The translations under genes and the position numbers were made by a program. Below are positions 38,196 to 48,044 of a stretch of 60,088 bases of DNA, in pieces (positions within the stretch are counted from its first letter, which is position 1; the number at the start of each line of letters is the position of its first letter). The notes beneath the pieces were generated by a model, which did no database searches, was not told where the DNA came from, and saw only the letters and a program-made list of their open reading frames with translations. The DNA comes from a virus (Duplodnaviria > Caudoviricetes): the IMG/VR virus record IMGVR_UViG_3300021963_006531, positions 1 to 60,088 of that record. One strand, given 5' to 3'.

Positions 38196-38877
38196 AGAGT
38201 GTATAACTAAAAAGCTATTTTATAAAAAATGGCTTTATAAAATTGTCATAGAATGTGGAGGGATCAGTTCTCTCCACAGGAAAGGCATTGATTATATAAA
38301 AACTGTACAGCCCGTGCAAAGCAGTAATGTTTGGTTAAAAACGTCTTCACAAACTATTCATAGTAATAGGTCAAAACTAATTGAAATTGGTATAAAACTT
38401 GAGGACGTTCTAAAGGTTGCTCCTTATCAAATTAGGACTGAAGGAAAAAGTTGTGCTATTTTTACAAATAGTAAAAAATTAATACACGAAATATACAAAC
38501 AATTAGAAGAATATATTGTAGAATATCATAGACCTGATAATGAGACCCAAGCTGATTATCTACTATCTAACAAAAATAAGATCCTGTGTAATGATCTTCC
38601 TCTAGAAGGATATAGGTACAAAGTTTACTTTAAAAATGGTGAGATGAAAAAGGAAAGTATGAGCAACTTTCTATCATGGGCTAGAAATTTTGAAGATGGA
38701 AGGGTACATATTCCTAATGGAACTAAGAAGATCTTAAATGGGGAAACTTATCCTATGATGTACGGCAACTATTTTTACGTTAAAGATCAAAAAATAGCTA
38801 CAATGGCTCTGATGGTTATGGGTGATTATTTGAATAAGTCTGAAGAGTTCATACTAAAAAGCGAAGTAAACGCTTAA
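38173..38877 (+). CDS. Hypothetical protein
   Basis: Long ORF overlapping the clpA end; start uncertain. Confidence 0.65.
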   Translation: MKKSLKIKECITKKLFYKKWLYKIVIECGGISSLHRKGIDYIKTVQPVQSSNVWLKTSSQTIHSNRSKLIEIGIKLEDVLKVAPYQIRTEGKSCAIFTNSKKLIHEIYKQLEEYIVEYHRPDNETQADYLLSNKNKILCNDLPLEGYRYKVYFKNGEMKKESMSNFLSWARNFEDGRVHIPNGTKKILNGETYPMMYGNYFYVKDQKIATMALMVMGDYLNKSEEFILKSEVNA

Positions 38878-38887
38878 ATATACTATT

Positions 38888-39349
38888 ATGCCAAGAATCA
38901 CTAAAACACTTTTGTTTAGTACTGGGTTTGACTCCCTAGGAAACCCTACAACTAGGGAAATTGATTCTAATGGTAACAAAATTAAGAGCACTTCTATCAC
39001 ATATCCGCCACAGACTCAAGGTGCGGTGACCTATTACAGTGAAGCCATAGAAGCCAGTGGTTACTATAACGGGGCAGGACTTCACACAACCACCTATTCC
39101 CCCTGGTGGCAGGAAGGTGTGAACAACATTCTTGTAATAAACAACTTCAGAGGAAATGTCGTTATCCAAGCCACATTAGCCACTTCTCCAACAGACAACG
39201 ATTGGTTTGACGTTAGCAGTACATATAGTGAATTTGACAGCAATAATTATGGCAACATTCTACACAATTTCCGTGGAAATTATGTGTGGATACGTGCAAA
39301 AGTAGTGGTAACCGCTGGTGTTTTAAGCGAAATCGCAGTTAATCACTAA
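38888..39349 (+). CDS. Hypothetical, probably virion-associated protein
   Basis: TAAATA 7 nt upstream; beta-rich sequence (QATLA-x-x-P-x-x-x-DWF, GNYVWIRAKV). Confidence 0.65.
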   Translation: MPRITKTLLFSTGFDSLGNPTTREIDSNGNKIKSTSITYPPQTQGAVTYYSEAIEASGYYNGAGLHTTTYSPWWQEGVNNILVINNFRGNVVIQATLATSPTDNDWFDVSSTYSEFDSNNYGNILHNFRGNYVWIRAKVVVTAGVLSEIAVNH

Positions 39350-39433
39350 TTTCAATCCCGTAGGTTTTAAAATAAATACATGATGCAAAGCCGTCAAGTA
39401 TATTTGCGGCTATATAATCAGTAGAGAAAAATA

Positions 39434-39781
39434 ATGAAATTACTTGAATTCTTCAGCAAAGCAAACTCGGATGATGATGACGCTAAGATTGAGACCGATC
39501 TAAAAAAAGATTTAATGGGCTTTATTCTTGACGATGATGAACTATACAAAGAACACATTCTTCCCCTTGTATCAAAACTTAAAAAAGGCAAGGATGTTGA
39601 AAAGGAAGATTTCATGAAAGCAATCAATCAAGGATGCTTAAAGTTCTATAAAGAAAAAGAGTTTAAAAAAGATCCTAACAAAATGTTCCCAATTAAGATG
39701 CGAAAGGAAATGGCAGGAGATTTATTAACCATCAATACCAAAGGCTCAAAAAAAGATGAAAATTCAAGAACTACTGATTGA
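39434..39781 (+). CDS. Hypothetical protein with capsid-targeting-like N-terminus (MKLLEFF)
   Basis: First gene after TAAATA at 39373-39378; N-terminal motif shared with downstream genes. Confidence 0.7.
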   Translation: MKLLEFFSKANSDDDDAKIETDLKKDLMGFILDDDELYKEHILPLVSKLKKGKDVEKEDFMKAINQGCLKFYKEKEFKKDPNKMFPIKMRKEMAGDLLTINTKGSKKDENSRTTD

Positions 39782-40142
39782 GAGTATTATAAAGCCTGAC
39801 TTATTGAACATGTTCCTAAAACATTGTTCTGAAGAATTAGGACTCGAATCTTTGCCTGAGATAAATCTTGTTGATGATAAACAATACTCCATTGATCATA
39901 AATCTTTTGGAGGTTATCAACCGGGAAAGCAATCAATTATATTAGCTACCAAAGATAGACACCCTGTAGATATTTTTAGAACATTGGCACATGAACTAAC
40001 ACATTATAAACAAGATTTAGATGGACAATTAGAAGATGATAATGTAGGCGACACTGGTAGCCCACAAGAAAATGAAGCCAATGCAAGGGCAGGAATAATA
40101 ATGCGTAATTTTGGTCAGAAGTTTCCAGAAGTATTTGAATAA
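39756..40142 (+). CDS. HExxH zinc-metallopeptidase-like protein with capsid-targeting-like N-terminus
   Basis: MKIQELLIES; RTLAHELTHYKQ and downstream E-x-EANA-x-AG. Confidence 0.7.
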   Translation: MKIQELLIESIIKPDLLNMFLKHCSEELGLESLPEINLVDDKQYSIDHKSFGGYQPGKQSIILATKDRHPVDIFRTLAHELTHYKQDLDGQLEDDNVGDTGSPQENEANARAGIIMRNFGQKFPEVFE

Positions 40143-40150
40143 GGTCCGAT

Positions 40151-41167
40151 ATGCGTATTAAAGAATTATTTGAAGGAGGGTGGGATACCACAAAAACACA
40201 GAGTACAGAGTTAACACCTTCTGTAGTACGTGTGGCCCTTGGTGTGGTAGATCAATTTGTTAAAGACTTCAATAATTATACTAATTCACAAGGTATACCT
40301 CCAATACAGCGTGGTAAGCCAACAGGTAGTACTGCATACTATGAGCAAGACGAAGTAGAAAAACCAGATAACATTTACGGCGACATTGATCTTCAAATGA
40401 TTGCACCAATCAAAGAAAATGAAACAAATGCACAATTTACCAGTTACTGGAATAATTTAACTGATCAATTTGCAAAAAGTGGTCAAGTAAATTATATAGA
40501 TACCAGTGAAAGTAAACCAGGACATCCTATTATTCAAGTTGGACGTGATCAATTTGTACAAGTAGATTTTATGTGGCATCCAGGTAAATTAGCTAGATGG
40601 GGCGCGGCACGTGTAACTCCAGAGCGTGGCGTTAAAGGTATGTTATTTGGTAATATGTTTAGTGTTTTTGGTGAATTATTAGACATGAGTATACAACATG
40701 CTGGAGTACAATTAAAAGTTGTTGATGATCAACGTGTTCCATTTAGTAAGCAAAAAGGAACACAATTGATAACTGTTACTATTGAACCAGAAACGTTTGT
40801 ATTAGATACATTTAAATATCTTGCAAAAAGGATGGGTATTGATAATCCTAAAATTGATCCTTTGTTGTCAAAATTTCCTGGTAATAATATAAATGATGTT
40901 AAAATTTCCACATTAGTAAACTCTGTTAAAGGATTTGCTGCCAGTGCTCAAGCAAATGGAATGTTTGGTAAAAATGATTTAAGTAATTTTGCGTCAGGAC
41001 AGGATTTCTTAAATAAATTTTTGCAAAGATATGAAGAAAAAGCTATGATAGATGTACAAGGCAAAAAACGTGACAAAGCAACAACCCCAGAGGCACAGGC
41101 ACGTGCAGAAGCAGATAAACAAAAGATACTAAGTGGTCTTGAAATGGTTAAAGGATTATTCCAATGA
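40151..41167 (+). CDS. Pol-beta-superfamily nucleotidyltransferase with capsid-targeting-like N-terminus
   Basis: MRIKELFEGG; PTGST...YGDIDLQM...VQVDFM (GS, DxD and third Asp). Confidence 0.7.
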   Translation: MRIKELFEGGWDTTKTQSTELTPSVVRVALGVVDQFVKDFNNYTNSQGIPPIQRGKPTGSTAYYEQDEVEKPDNIYGDIDLQMIAPIKENETNAQFTSYWNNLTDQFAKSGQVNYIDTSESKPGHPIIQVGRDQFVQVDFMWHPGKLARWGAARVTPERGVKGMLFGNMFSVFGELLDMSIQHAGVQLKVVDDQRVPFSKQKGTQLITVTIEPETFVLDTFKYLAKRMGIDNPKIDPLLSKFPGNNINDVKISTLVNSVKGFAASAQANGMFGKNDLSNFASGQDFLNKFLQRYEEKAMIDVQGKKRDKATTPEAQARAEADKQKILSGLEMVKGLFQ

Positions 41168-41541
41168 GAGCAAGAGAATTTGTAAATGAGGCGACAGAAA
41201 AGAAAATAACAAATAGGCAGGGCCAATCTCTTGCTGGTTTGAACGTTTATACTGACGCTGAAAAAAGAGATGCAACTTATGTATCTTATAGATTGGGAAT
41301 GGCTGTAGCAGGAACAGATGGTGAAATTGTTCCAGATACTGATGCTAGGAGTTGGATTGGCAAACAAAAATCAACACACCCTTATACTCCTGAAGAACAG
41401 GAAATGCTCAAAGTAGCTTACAAAGTAGTTGGTGCAGAATATACAGATTTGACAAAGGGCGATATGAAAAGTCGAGAACTAAAAACTACCAATACTGTTA
41501 GTCCTGTAGCAAAAATTAAAAAGAACAAGTACGGTGTATAA
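41164..41541 (+). CDS. Hypothetical protein with capsid-targeting-like N-terminus
   Basis: MRAREFVNEA; ATGA coupling. Confidence 0.7.
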   Translation: MRAREFVNEATEKKITNRQGQSLAGLNVYTDAEKRDATYVSYRLGMAVAGTDGEIVPDTDARSWIGKQKSTHPYTPEEQEMLKVAYKVVGAEYTDLTKGDMKSRELKTTNTVSPVAKIKKNKYGV

Positions 41542-42374
41542 TGAAAATAACTGAACTATTATTTGAAAGTGGGAAACGACTTGCCAAGCAAGGTATTGAA
41601 ATATCTAGAGTAGACAAAGTTGCCTTTCTAAAAGCCAAATCTATTTTAGATCCAATACTGAAAAAAGCTAAACTAAAGGCTGGTTGGACTGCTGGAGGTG
41701 CTGGTAGTTTTGATCCTGAACATCCTTATGGTGGCGGTGGCAGAGATGACAGTGGTGACATTGATATCATGATAGATCCAGAAAATCTTTTAAGAAGTTT
41801 TCCACCAAACATTGAAGAATATAATAGAGCAAGTCCAAAACCACTTGGTCCAAAAGCTATGGCTAACACATTAGCTGATCCAAATAAAAAAGCAAGATTA
41901 GAATTAGCTGCCAGTAAATGGGCATTGGCAACTTATATGACTCAAAATGGACTTCCAACTGATCCAGGAACACTTACTGTAGAATATAGTGCTGACGGTA
42001 AAAGTCATTCAGTAGACTTAATTGTTCGTCCAGAGAGTGCATGGGAATTACATGCACATGATTTCACTAGGGATCCTGAAATGAAAGGCGGACAACTGTT
42101 TACAGACGTGTATCCAACATTGGTTAAACTAGCCAGCAAATCTACTTTTGTAGATCCAAAGACTGGAGAAGAAAAAGGAAGTTTACAGTACAGTCCAGAT
42201 AGAGGACTAGTAGATAGAGAAACTAATCAAGTGGTTGCTATCAACAAGAACGATATTGCAAAAATACTTTTAGGACCACAAGCTACTGCAAGAGATATGT
42301 CTAGCATTTCTGGCATTAGAGACGCTCTAAAAAATGATCCAGCAAAGTTAAGTCAAGTTTTCCCTCAAAGTTAA
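41541..42374 (+). CDS. Second Pol-beta-superfamily nucleotidyltransferase with capsid-targeting-like N-terminus
   Basis: MKITELLFES; GGAGSF...SGDIDIMI...HSVDLIV. Confidence 0.65.
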   Translation: MKITELLFESGKRLAKQGIEISRVDKVAFLKAKSILDPILKKAKLKAGWTAGGAGSFDPEHPYGGGGRDDSGDIDIMIDPENLLRSFPPNIEEYNRASPKPLGPKAMANTLADPNKKARLELAASKWALATYMTQNGLPTDPGTLTVEYSADGKSHSVDLIVRPESAWELHAHDFTRDPEMKGGQLFTDVYPTLVKLASKSTFVDPKTGEEKGSLQYSPDRGLVDRETNQVVAINKNDIAKILLGPQATARDMSSISGIRDALKNDPAKLSQVFPQS

Positions 42375-42391
42375 ACAAATAAATACATATT

Positions 42392-45028
42392 ATGAACTTA
42401 TTTGAACTGTTTAAACCTGTTAAAAACATTATTATGGAAGGCATTGACCATCCAGAAGACCTCATTATTTCGCAAGGTAGTGCAGGTGCCGACAGAGTTT
42501 TGGCAGATTTATCCAGCTTACAAAAAGATCCAAGTACAATCAGTGTTAAATGGGACGGGTTTCCAGCAGTAGTGTTTGGTAGAGATAGTACAGGCAAACT
42601 TGTTTTCATGGACAAACACATGTATGACAAGGTAGTCAAAGGTGCTATGGAATTTATGTCCATTAAAGATTATGACATATCTAGAGAAGCTAATCGTGGC
42701 AACCTTTGGGAAACAGAAAGTGCATTGCGTCCTACATTAGATAAAATTATTCCTAACGTAAAAGATCAATATTGGATGGGAGACTTGATGTGGACTGGTA
42801 CTCCTAAAACTTCTGATGGCTACTTTGTTTTTAAACCTAACACCGTAGAATATCGTGTTAAAATTGATGATACTCCTGGACGTGGCAATACATTAAGCGA
42901 TCAAATCGCACGTAGTATTGGTGGTATTGCGGTACATACTTTTATTCCTGGTCTTGGTCAATCAGACCAACCATTGATTGGCTTAAAAGGTTTAAGAGAA
43001 AACGAAGGAATTGTTTTTCTTGTAGGAGAAATGAGAGACAAACCAAAAGTTGGAATTAATTCAGCTTTATTAAATCAAACTAAGGCTATTATTAGTCAAC
43101 ACAGAACAGCCGTTGATAAATTTATTTCAGATCTAACAGCAATGAAGGGCAAAGCAGTTATTACTGCCATGGGGCCTTTTATTACACGTATGCTTGAAGA
43201 AGATGATATATCTGGTAATATTGTTCCAAGATTTTTAGAATTTCTAAAAGAGCGTCTAAATGACACTGCACAAAATAAATTTTTAGGCGCTAAGAAAGAC
43301 GGTTGGTTATATCAAGAACAGGGCGGTGGTCCAGGACTATTAGGTATTTGGACAATGTGGGCCGCAATTACAGAATTAAAAACTCACATAAAACAACAAA
43401 TTGACACACAGCAACAAGGTAGTGAAATTATTGCTATAACTGATGGTGTTAATGCACACGAAGGTTATGTATTTGGTTCAGGAAAAGACAAATTAAAATT
43501 AATTGATCGTTTAGGTTTTAGTCGTGCTAATTTTGCTAAACATCGTGTACCAGATGATGAAATAGAAGCAAAGAGCAAAATGCCAATGGCAACTTTTTGT
43601 TTTGGTCGTATGAATCCTCCAACACTTGGTCACGGACTTGTGATACAAAAAACTTTAGAAGTAGGTGGTGAAAATTCTTTTATCTTTTTAAGTAATAGCC
43701 ACGACGCTAGTGAAAATCCAATTGATCCAACTACTAAAGCACAATTTGTAGCGCAAATATATCCTAACGCAGCCGACAAACTTGTACAAGATTTTGTACA
43801 AGGACCAATATATGCAGCCAATTGGTTATATAGTAAAGGTTTTAGAAATATGACATTTGTTGCAGGTAGCGATAGATTAGGAAAAGAAAAAGGTAGTATT
43901 GAAAAACTTTTAACCAGTTGGAACAGTGGTCCAATACGCTCCACAGATCCTGCAGGTGCAAGAGAGCATGTTGTTATTAAATTTGAGAGTAGCGGTCAGC
44001 GTGATCCTGATTCCGAGGGGGTGACCGGTTACAGTGGAACAAAAGCTCGCCAAGCGGCGGAAACTGGCAACGAGCAGTTATTCCAGAAATATACAGGTGT
44101 TGGTCCTGACGTCGTTGTAAACGGCAAAACATTATATCAAGCAACAAGAGAAGGTATGGGGATTAAAGATGAAAAACCAACAGCCCAGTCATCTCCTGTT
44201 AAGCAACCTGCTCAACCCAATTTACAAGTAACTAAAAAAGTTCCAGGCAAGGCTCCAATTAGTAAGGAAGTAGATTCTATGAACGAATCAAAACTACGCG
44301 ACAAAGAAGATTTAAAAGCAAAACGTAAGGCTCTGCAAGATATCCAGATGGATAAACATACACATAAAGATCCAGAATTAAAAGCAGAACTAGCAAGAAG
44401 AAAAGCGTCTTTAGAAAAAGAAGCAAAGAAAATGAATCTGTCTGAATCAATCGTCCACGCATACGGTATTTTTGAAGAACAACAATCATTCTTAGACAAA
44501 ATAAAATCAGCTTTTAAAAGCCAAAGTCCTGTAAATGATAAAGTAAAGTATGGTGATACTGCTTATCCCAAATCACCTTTACAACCAGTAAGAGATAAAT
44601 TTCAATCAGGAACATTGGATGTTAATCCAGATAGTACCATTGGAAGATTAAACCAGCGCAATGCCGCAATAAAAGCAGCCGGTGATGAAGCCAATGAAGA
44701 TCGTGTTAAAATGGCTGCTAGAAAAAATGTGTCTGAAGCACCGATCCAAATGGACCCAGACAATCCAAACGATCCAATGGTCATGCCTCCTGGACTTAAC
44801 CCAGGCAAACTAAGTTATAGAAAAGCAAGAGCGGCTGCACAATTAGCAGACCTTGCACGGATGGCTGCTGAAGCAAATGAAAAAAATAGTGCTATAATGT
44901 GGGACTCAATCGTTAGACACTTTCCTGAATTAGAAACAAATATTCGTAGCATTCAACACGGACAAGACGAATTACAAAAATTAAGAAGCAAAGGCGGAGT
45001 GCGTAGTAGGGGCATAGACAAAATATGA
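42392..45028 (+). CDS. Fusion protein: ATP-dependent ligase-like domain, HxGH-type nucleotidylyltransferase and modular tail
   Basis: SVKWDGFP (KxDG motif I), MGDLMW, HEGYV (motif IV), KLKLIDR (motif V); then FGRMNPPTLGH...VAGSDR...SGTKAR. Confidence 0.7.
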   Translation: MNLFELFKPVKNIIMEGIDHPEDLIISQGSAGADRVLADLSSLQKDPSTISVKWDGFPAVVFGRDSTGKLVFMDKHMYDKVVKGAMEFMSIKDYDISREANRGNLWETESALRPTLDKIIPNVKDQYWMGDLMWTGTPKTSDGYFVFKPNTVEYRVKIDDTPGRGNTLSDQIARSIGGIAVHTFIPGLGQSDQPLIGLKGLRENEGIVFLVGEMRDKPKVGINSALLNQTKAIISQHRTAVDKFISDLTAMKGKAVITAMGPFITRMLEEDDISGNIVPRFLEFLKERLNDTAQNKFLGAKKDGWLYQEQGGGPGLLGIWTMWAAITELKTHIKQQIDTQQQGSEIIAITDGVNAHEGYVFGSGKDKLKLIDRLGFSRANFAKHRVPDDEIEAKSKMPMATFCFGRMNPPTLGHGLVIQKTLEVGGENSFIFLSNSHDASENPIDPTTKAQFVAQIYPNAADKLVQDFVQGPIYAANWLYSKGFRNMTFVAGSDRLGKEKGSIEKLLTSWNSGPIRSTDPAGAREHVVIKFESSGQRDPDSEGVTGYSGTKARQAAETGNEQLFQKYTGVGPDVVVNGKTLYQATREGMGIKDEKPTAQSSPVKQPAQPNLQVTKKVPGKAPISKEVDSMNESKLRDKEDLKAKRKALQDIQMDKHTHKDPELKAELARRKASLEKEAKKMNLSESIVHAYGIFEEQQSFLDKIKSAFKSQSPVNDKVKYGDTAYPKSPLQPVRDKFQSGTLDVNPDSTIGRLNQRNAAIKAAGDEANEDRVKMAARKNVSEAPIQMDPDNPNDPMVMPPGLNPGKLSYRKARAAAQLADLARMAAEANEKNSAIMWDSIVRHFPELETNIRSIQHGQDELQKLRSKGGVRSRGIDKI

Positions 45029-46254
45029 AAATTACACAATTATTAGAAGGCAGCAAGCCTCAAAAAATTCCTGCAAGTAAACCACGAAACTTTGTGGTCA
45101 AGAATCAGCAGACCAGTGGCGCTGGCTCACATAAAGACAAAAAGAAAGCAGCCAAGCAGGGTGATGTTAAGCATAAAAATAAAGACATGGAAATGTCTGA
45201 AGACCATTTAAACGAGTACGGCGATACTGCTAAAGGTCAGAAGATGCTGACTAAAGTTCAAAAACGTGCAGTAGATCGTGTAACAAGTAAACGAGCAGAC
45301 ACTGATCCTAAGTACGCTAAAAAGAATAGTGATACCGCTAATCGTGCTTGGGATAGAATGACAGACAAAGATTTAGAAGAAACTTTTGATGATGTTAAAG
45401 ATACTGTTGCAAAAGTTGGTGATAAAGTTAGCGACACCTTATCAAATATCTTACCAAAAGATATGCGACCTTTTGATAATGAAACAGCCGCAAAAAATGC
45501 CGCAACAAATTCTGCGGCATTTAAACCAGTTGTGAAGACTGCATCAGTAACACAAAAACCAATTAAAGAATCTAAAGTTTACGAGCAATATGTTGGCAAT
45601 GGCTCTAGTAAAAATATGCAAATGGCTGTTGACCAAGCCAAGATGCACGCCAAGATACAGGCTATGAGAGCAATACACGGTAACAATTTTCATGATAAAG
45701 AAATGGTTGCACATGAATTTGGAAAATTAGATATTCAAAGTGATGGTAAAGGCGGTTATAAAGTCAATGCTCCCATTACTGTACTACAACCAAAATCTAA
45801 TTCCATAGATAGCAGTCCAGCAACTAATAACATTTCTAACCCACCCAACAGTTATATGGATAGCAGTCCTGCTAAAGATAATGGAACAACTACTAGTAAA
45901 ATGTCTCCTATGGAAAGCATGGCAGACAGTATAGTTAAAGAAATGAATAGAAATCCAGACTTAATGAGTCAAAGCGATTATGATCGTTATCAACAAAGCC
46001 AAATGGATAATCAGAAACGCAATTTCAAACGTGACGAATTAGAACATGAACTTAGTCACGAAGACAGAGGTATGTATTGGGTTGTGGTTGCAAAAAATGG
46101 TAAATGGGAACATACTAAAGCACAGCCTAAACAAGAAGGTATGAATGCGGCCATGCGTTTGATTAGTGCATTGCATAGTAAATATCCAGGCATGCACTTA
46201 GGTATGCAATATCCTAATGGGCAAGTAGAAAATTTTGGAAAAGGTAGAAAGTAA
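45025..46254 (+). CDS. Modular low-complexity protein with capsid-targeting-like N-terminus
   Basis: MKITQLLEGS; Lys-rich patches separated by hydrophobic-x-E sites. Confidence 0.7.
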   Translation: MKITQLLEGSKPQKIPASKPRNFVVKNQQTSGAGSHKDKKKAAKQGDVKHKNKDMEMSEDHLNEYGDTAKGQKMLTKVQKRAVDRVTSKRADTDPKYAKKNSDTANRAWDRMTDKDLEETFDDVKDTVAKVGDKVSDTLSNILPKDMRPFDNETAAKNAATNSAAFKPVVKTASVTQKPIKESKVYEQYVGNGSSKNMQMAVDQAKMHAKIQAMRAIHGNNFHDKEMVAHEFGKLDIQSDGKGGYKVNAPITVLQPKSNSIDSSPATNNISNPPNSYMDSSPAKDNGTTTSKMSPMESMADSIVKEMNRNPDLMSQSDYDRYQQSQMDNQKRNFKRDELEHELSHEDRGMYWVVVAKNGKWEHTKAQPKQEGMNAAMRLISALHSKYPGMHLGMQYPNGQVENFGKGRK

Positions 46255-46255
46255 A

Positions 46256-46690
46256 ATGGACAAGTATCATTTAGCACTAAAGACAGCATTTGCTAGTGAA
46301 TATGCTTTTTATTTAAAGGCACAAAATTTCCATTGGAATGTAGAGGGAATGTTCTTTGAACAATTTCACAGTTTGTTTGGAAAAATTTATGAGGAAGTAG
46401 GTGATGTCATTGACGACTTTGCAGAAAATTTACGCAAAGTCAATGCTTATGCACCTGCTAGTTTTAGAAGATTCAGTATGCTCAGCGAAATAGATGACGA
46501 AACAGAAATCTTAGAAGCAACAAGTATGTGTGCTACCCTTCTAGCTGATAGTGAAAAAATGGAAGAGATTTTTAAAATCACTTATCAAATGGCAGAGGAT
46601 AATAGAGATTTTGGTCTAGCTAACTTCCTAGCAGAACGTCAAGATGCACATGCTAAACATAGTTGGATGTTAAGAGCCACGTTAAAATGA
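46256..46690 (+). CDS. dps: Dps / ferritin-like DNA protection protein
   Basis: YLKAQNFHWNVEG-x-x-F-x-x-x-H-x-LF...D-x-x-AE...H-x-KH-x-WML. Confidence 0.9.
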   Translation: MDKYHLALKTAFASEYAFYLKAQNFHWNVEGMFFEQFHSLFGKIYEEVGDVIDDFAENLRKVNAYAPASFRRFSMLSEIDDETEILEATSMCATLLADSEKMEEIFKITYQMAEDNRDFGLANFLAERQDAHAKHSWMLRATLK

Positions 46691-46983
46691 AACAGTACAG
46701 AGTCACTTCAGAAAATATAAACCTAAGTAGCGATGATGATTGCTATTTAGATCCAAACGATCCTATAAATGAAATCAAAGTATTACAGCATTTAGGTGGA
46801 ATCAATTCTGTAAGTAGACTACAAGAGTATCGCTTATCTCAGCAAGAAAGCAATATTAGTACTACTGCTAATGAAAATGCAAAGTTAATGAGGGAACACA
46901 ATATTAAACCTGGAACCCCTGAGTGGTTCCAACTTTGGTTTAGTTTACCGTATATGACTGGTGAAAAGAAGGTTGAAAAATGA
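46687..46983 (+). CDS. Hypothetical protein
   Basis: ATGA coupling at both ends; NIKPGTPEWFQLWF motif. Confidence 0.7.
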   Translation: MKQYRVTSENINLSSDDDCYLDPNDPINEIKVLQHLGGINSVSRLQEYRLSQQESNISTTANENAKLMREHNIKPGTPEWFQLWFSLPYMTGEKKVEK

Positions 46984-48044
46984 AAATACAAGATTTATTA
47001 GAGTTTGCTCCAACAGTGGATAAAGACTCAGCATTAGGAAAAGTATTAGGAAACCCTGATGTTCAAAACACTATTGACAAAATAGGTAATTCATTGTCCA
47101 ATGTATTCAAACCATCAGTTGAGAAAGGCGCCGATGTTGAACCTAAAAATACTGATAAGAAAACTTCAAAAAGTAAATCAAGTAGATCAGTGGATATTTC
47201 AGATATGGAGCCAGAATTTGAAAGACAAGGTATTAAAGACCCATTTGTAAAAAACGCATTGATGGGCAAGTTTCATCAAGAAGCAGGTGCAAAATTTGGT
47301 ACTACTGAGATTCCGTTTACTAACACATCAAATAAAAGAATTAAAGAAAAGTTACCGCAGTTAGCTGGTATGAATGATGACGAATTAAATGCACTTAAAG
47401 CAGATCCTAGAGCATTTTTTAATAGAGCATATGGCGGAGTATTAGATAATACTGGACCAGATGACGGTTACAAATTCCGTGGTCGTGGATTAACTGGATT
47501 AACTGGTAAAACAAATTATTCGGCTGCTTCACAAGCACTGTTTGGTGATGACAGATTAGTTAAAAATCCTGATTTACTTTTAGATCCTGAAGTAGACAAA
47601 AAGGCAGCAGTATGGTATTATAAACGTGCTGGTGCAGATAAAGTATCATTTAGTAATCAAGAAGACGCCAATATTTGGGCAATACACAAAGCTGGTGGTA
47701 AAGCCTATGCTCCAGGAACTAAGTTAGGAAATATTGCACTTGCTGATCTTAATAATAAAACTGGAAATATGACCAGTGGTACTGGCACTATGGTTGCTAA
47801 AGGCGGAGACAATACTGGCAAAATAATTGCAGGCAGTACTTTATTGGCTAAAGCAGATGAATTGATAAACAAATATAAAACAGAGTTGCCTAAATTTATA
47901 TCTTCAATTAGTGACTTATCTGGGGGTGAAGATGAAGTTGCTGTAATAATTAATGGTAAGAAAAAGAAATTTAAGAATAAAAAAGAAGCTGAACTAGCAA
48001 TAAAGTTAGCCAAAGATCAAGGACTTACAGTAGATTATGCGTAA
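46980..48044 (+). CDS. GH19/lysozyme-like hydrolase with capsid-targeting-like N-terminus (candidate virion-associated lysin)
   Basis: MKIQDLLEFA; HQEAG...DDGYKFRGRGLTGLTGKTNY...LVKNPDLL...AAVWYY. Confidence 0.75.
   Translation: MKIQDLLEFAPTVDKDSALGKVLGNPDVQNTIDKIGNSLSNVFKPSVEKGADVEPKNTDKKTSKSKSSRSVDISDMEPEFERQGIKDPFVKNALMGKFHQEAGAKFGTTEIPFTNTSNKRIKEKLPQLAGMNDDELNALKADPRAFFNRAYGGVLDNTGPDDGYKFRGRGLTGLTGKTNYSAASQALFGDDRLVKNPDLLLDPEVDKKAAVWYYKRAGADKVSFSNQEDANIWAIHKAGGKAYAPGTKLGNIALADLNNKTGNMTSGTGTMVAKGGDNTGKIIAGSTLLAKADELINKYKTELPKFISSISDLSGGEDEVAVIINGKKKKFKNKKEAELAIKLAKDQGLTVDYA

Noticed and set aside
40151-42374. CBASS-type cyclase operon
   Set aside because: No recognisable effector (patatin, Cap4, TIR, transmembrane) or Cap2/Cap3 genes adjacent; only the generic Pol-beta motifs are supported.
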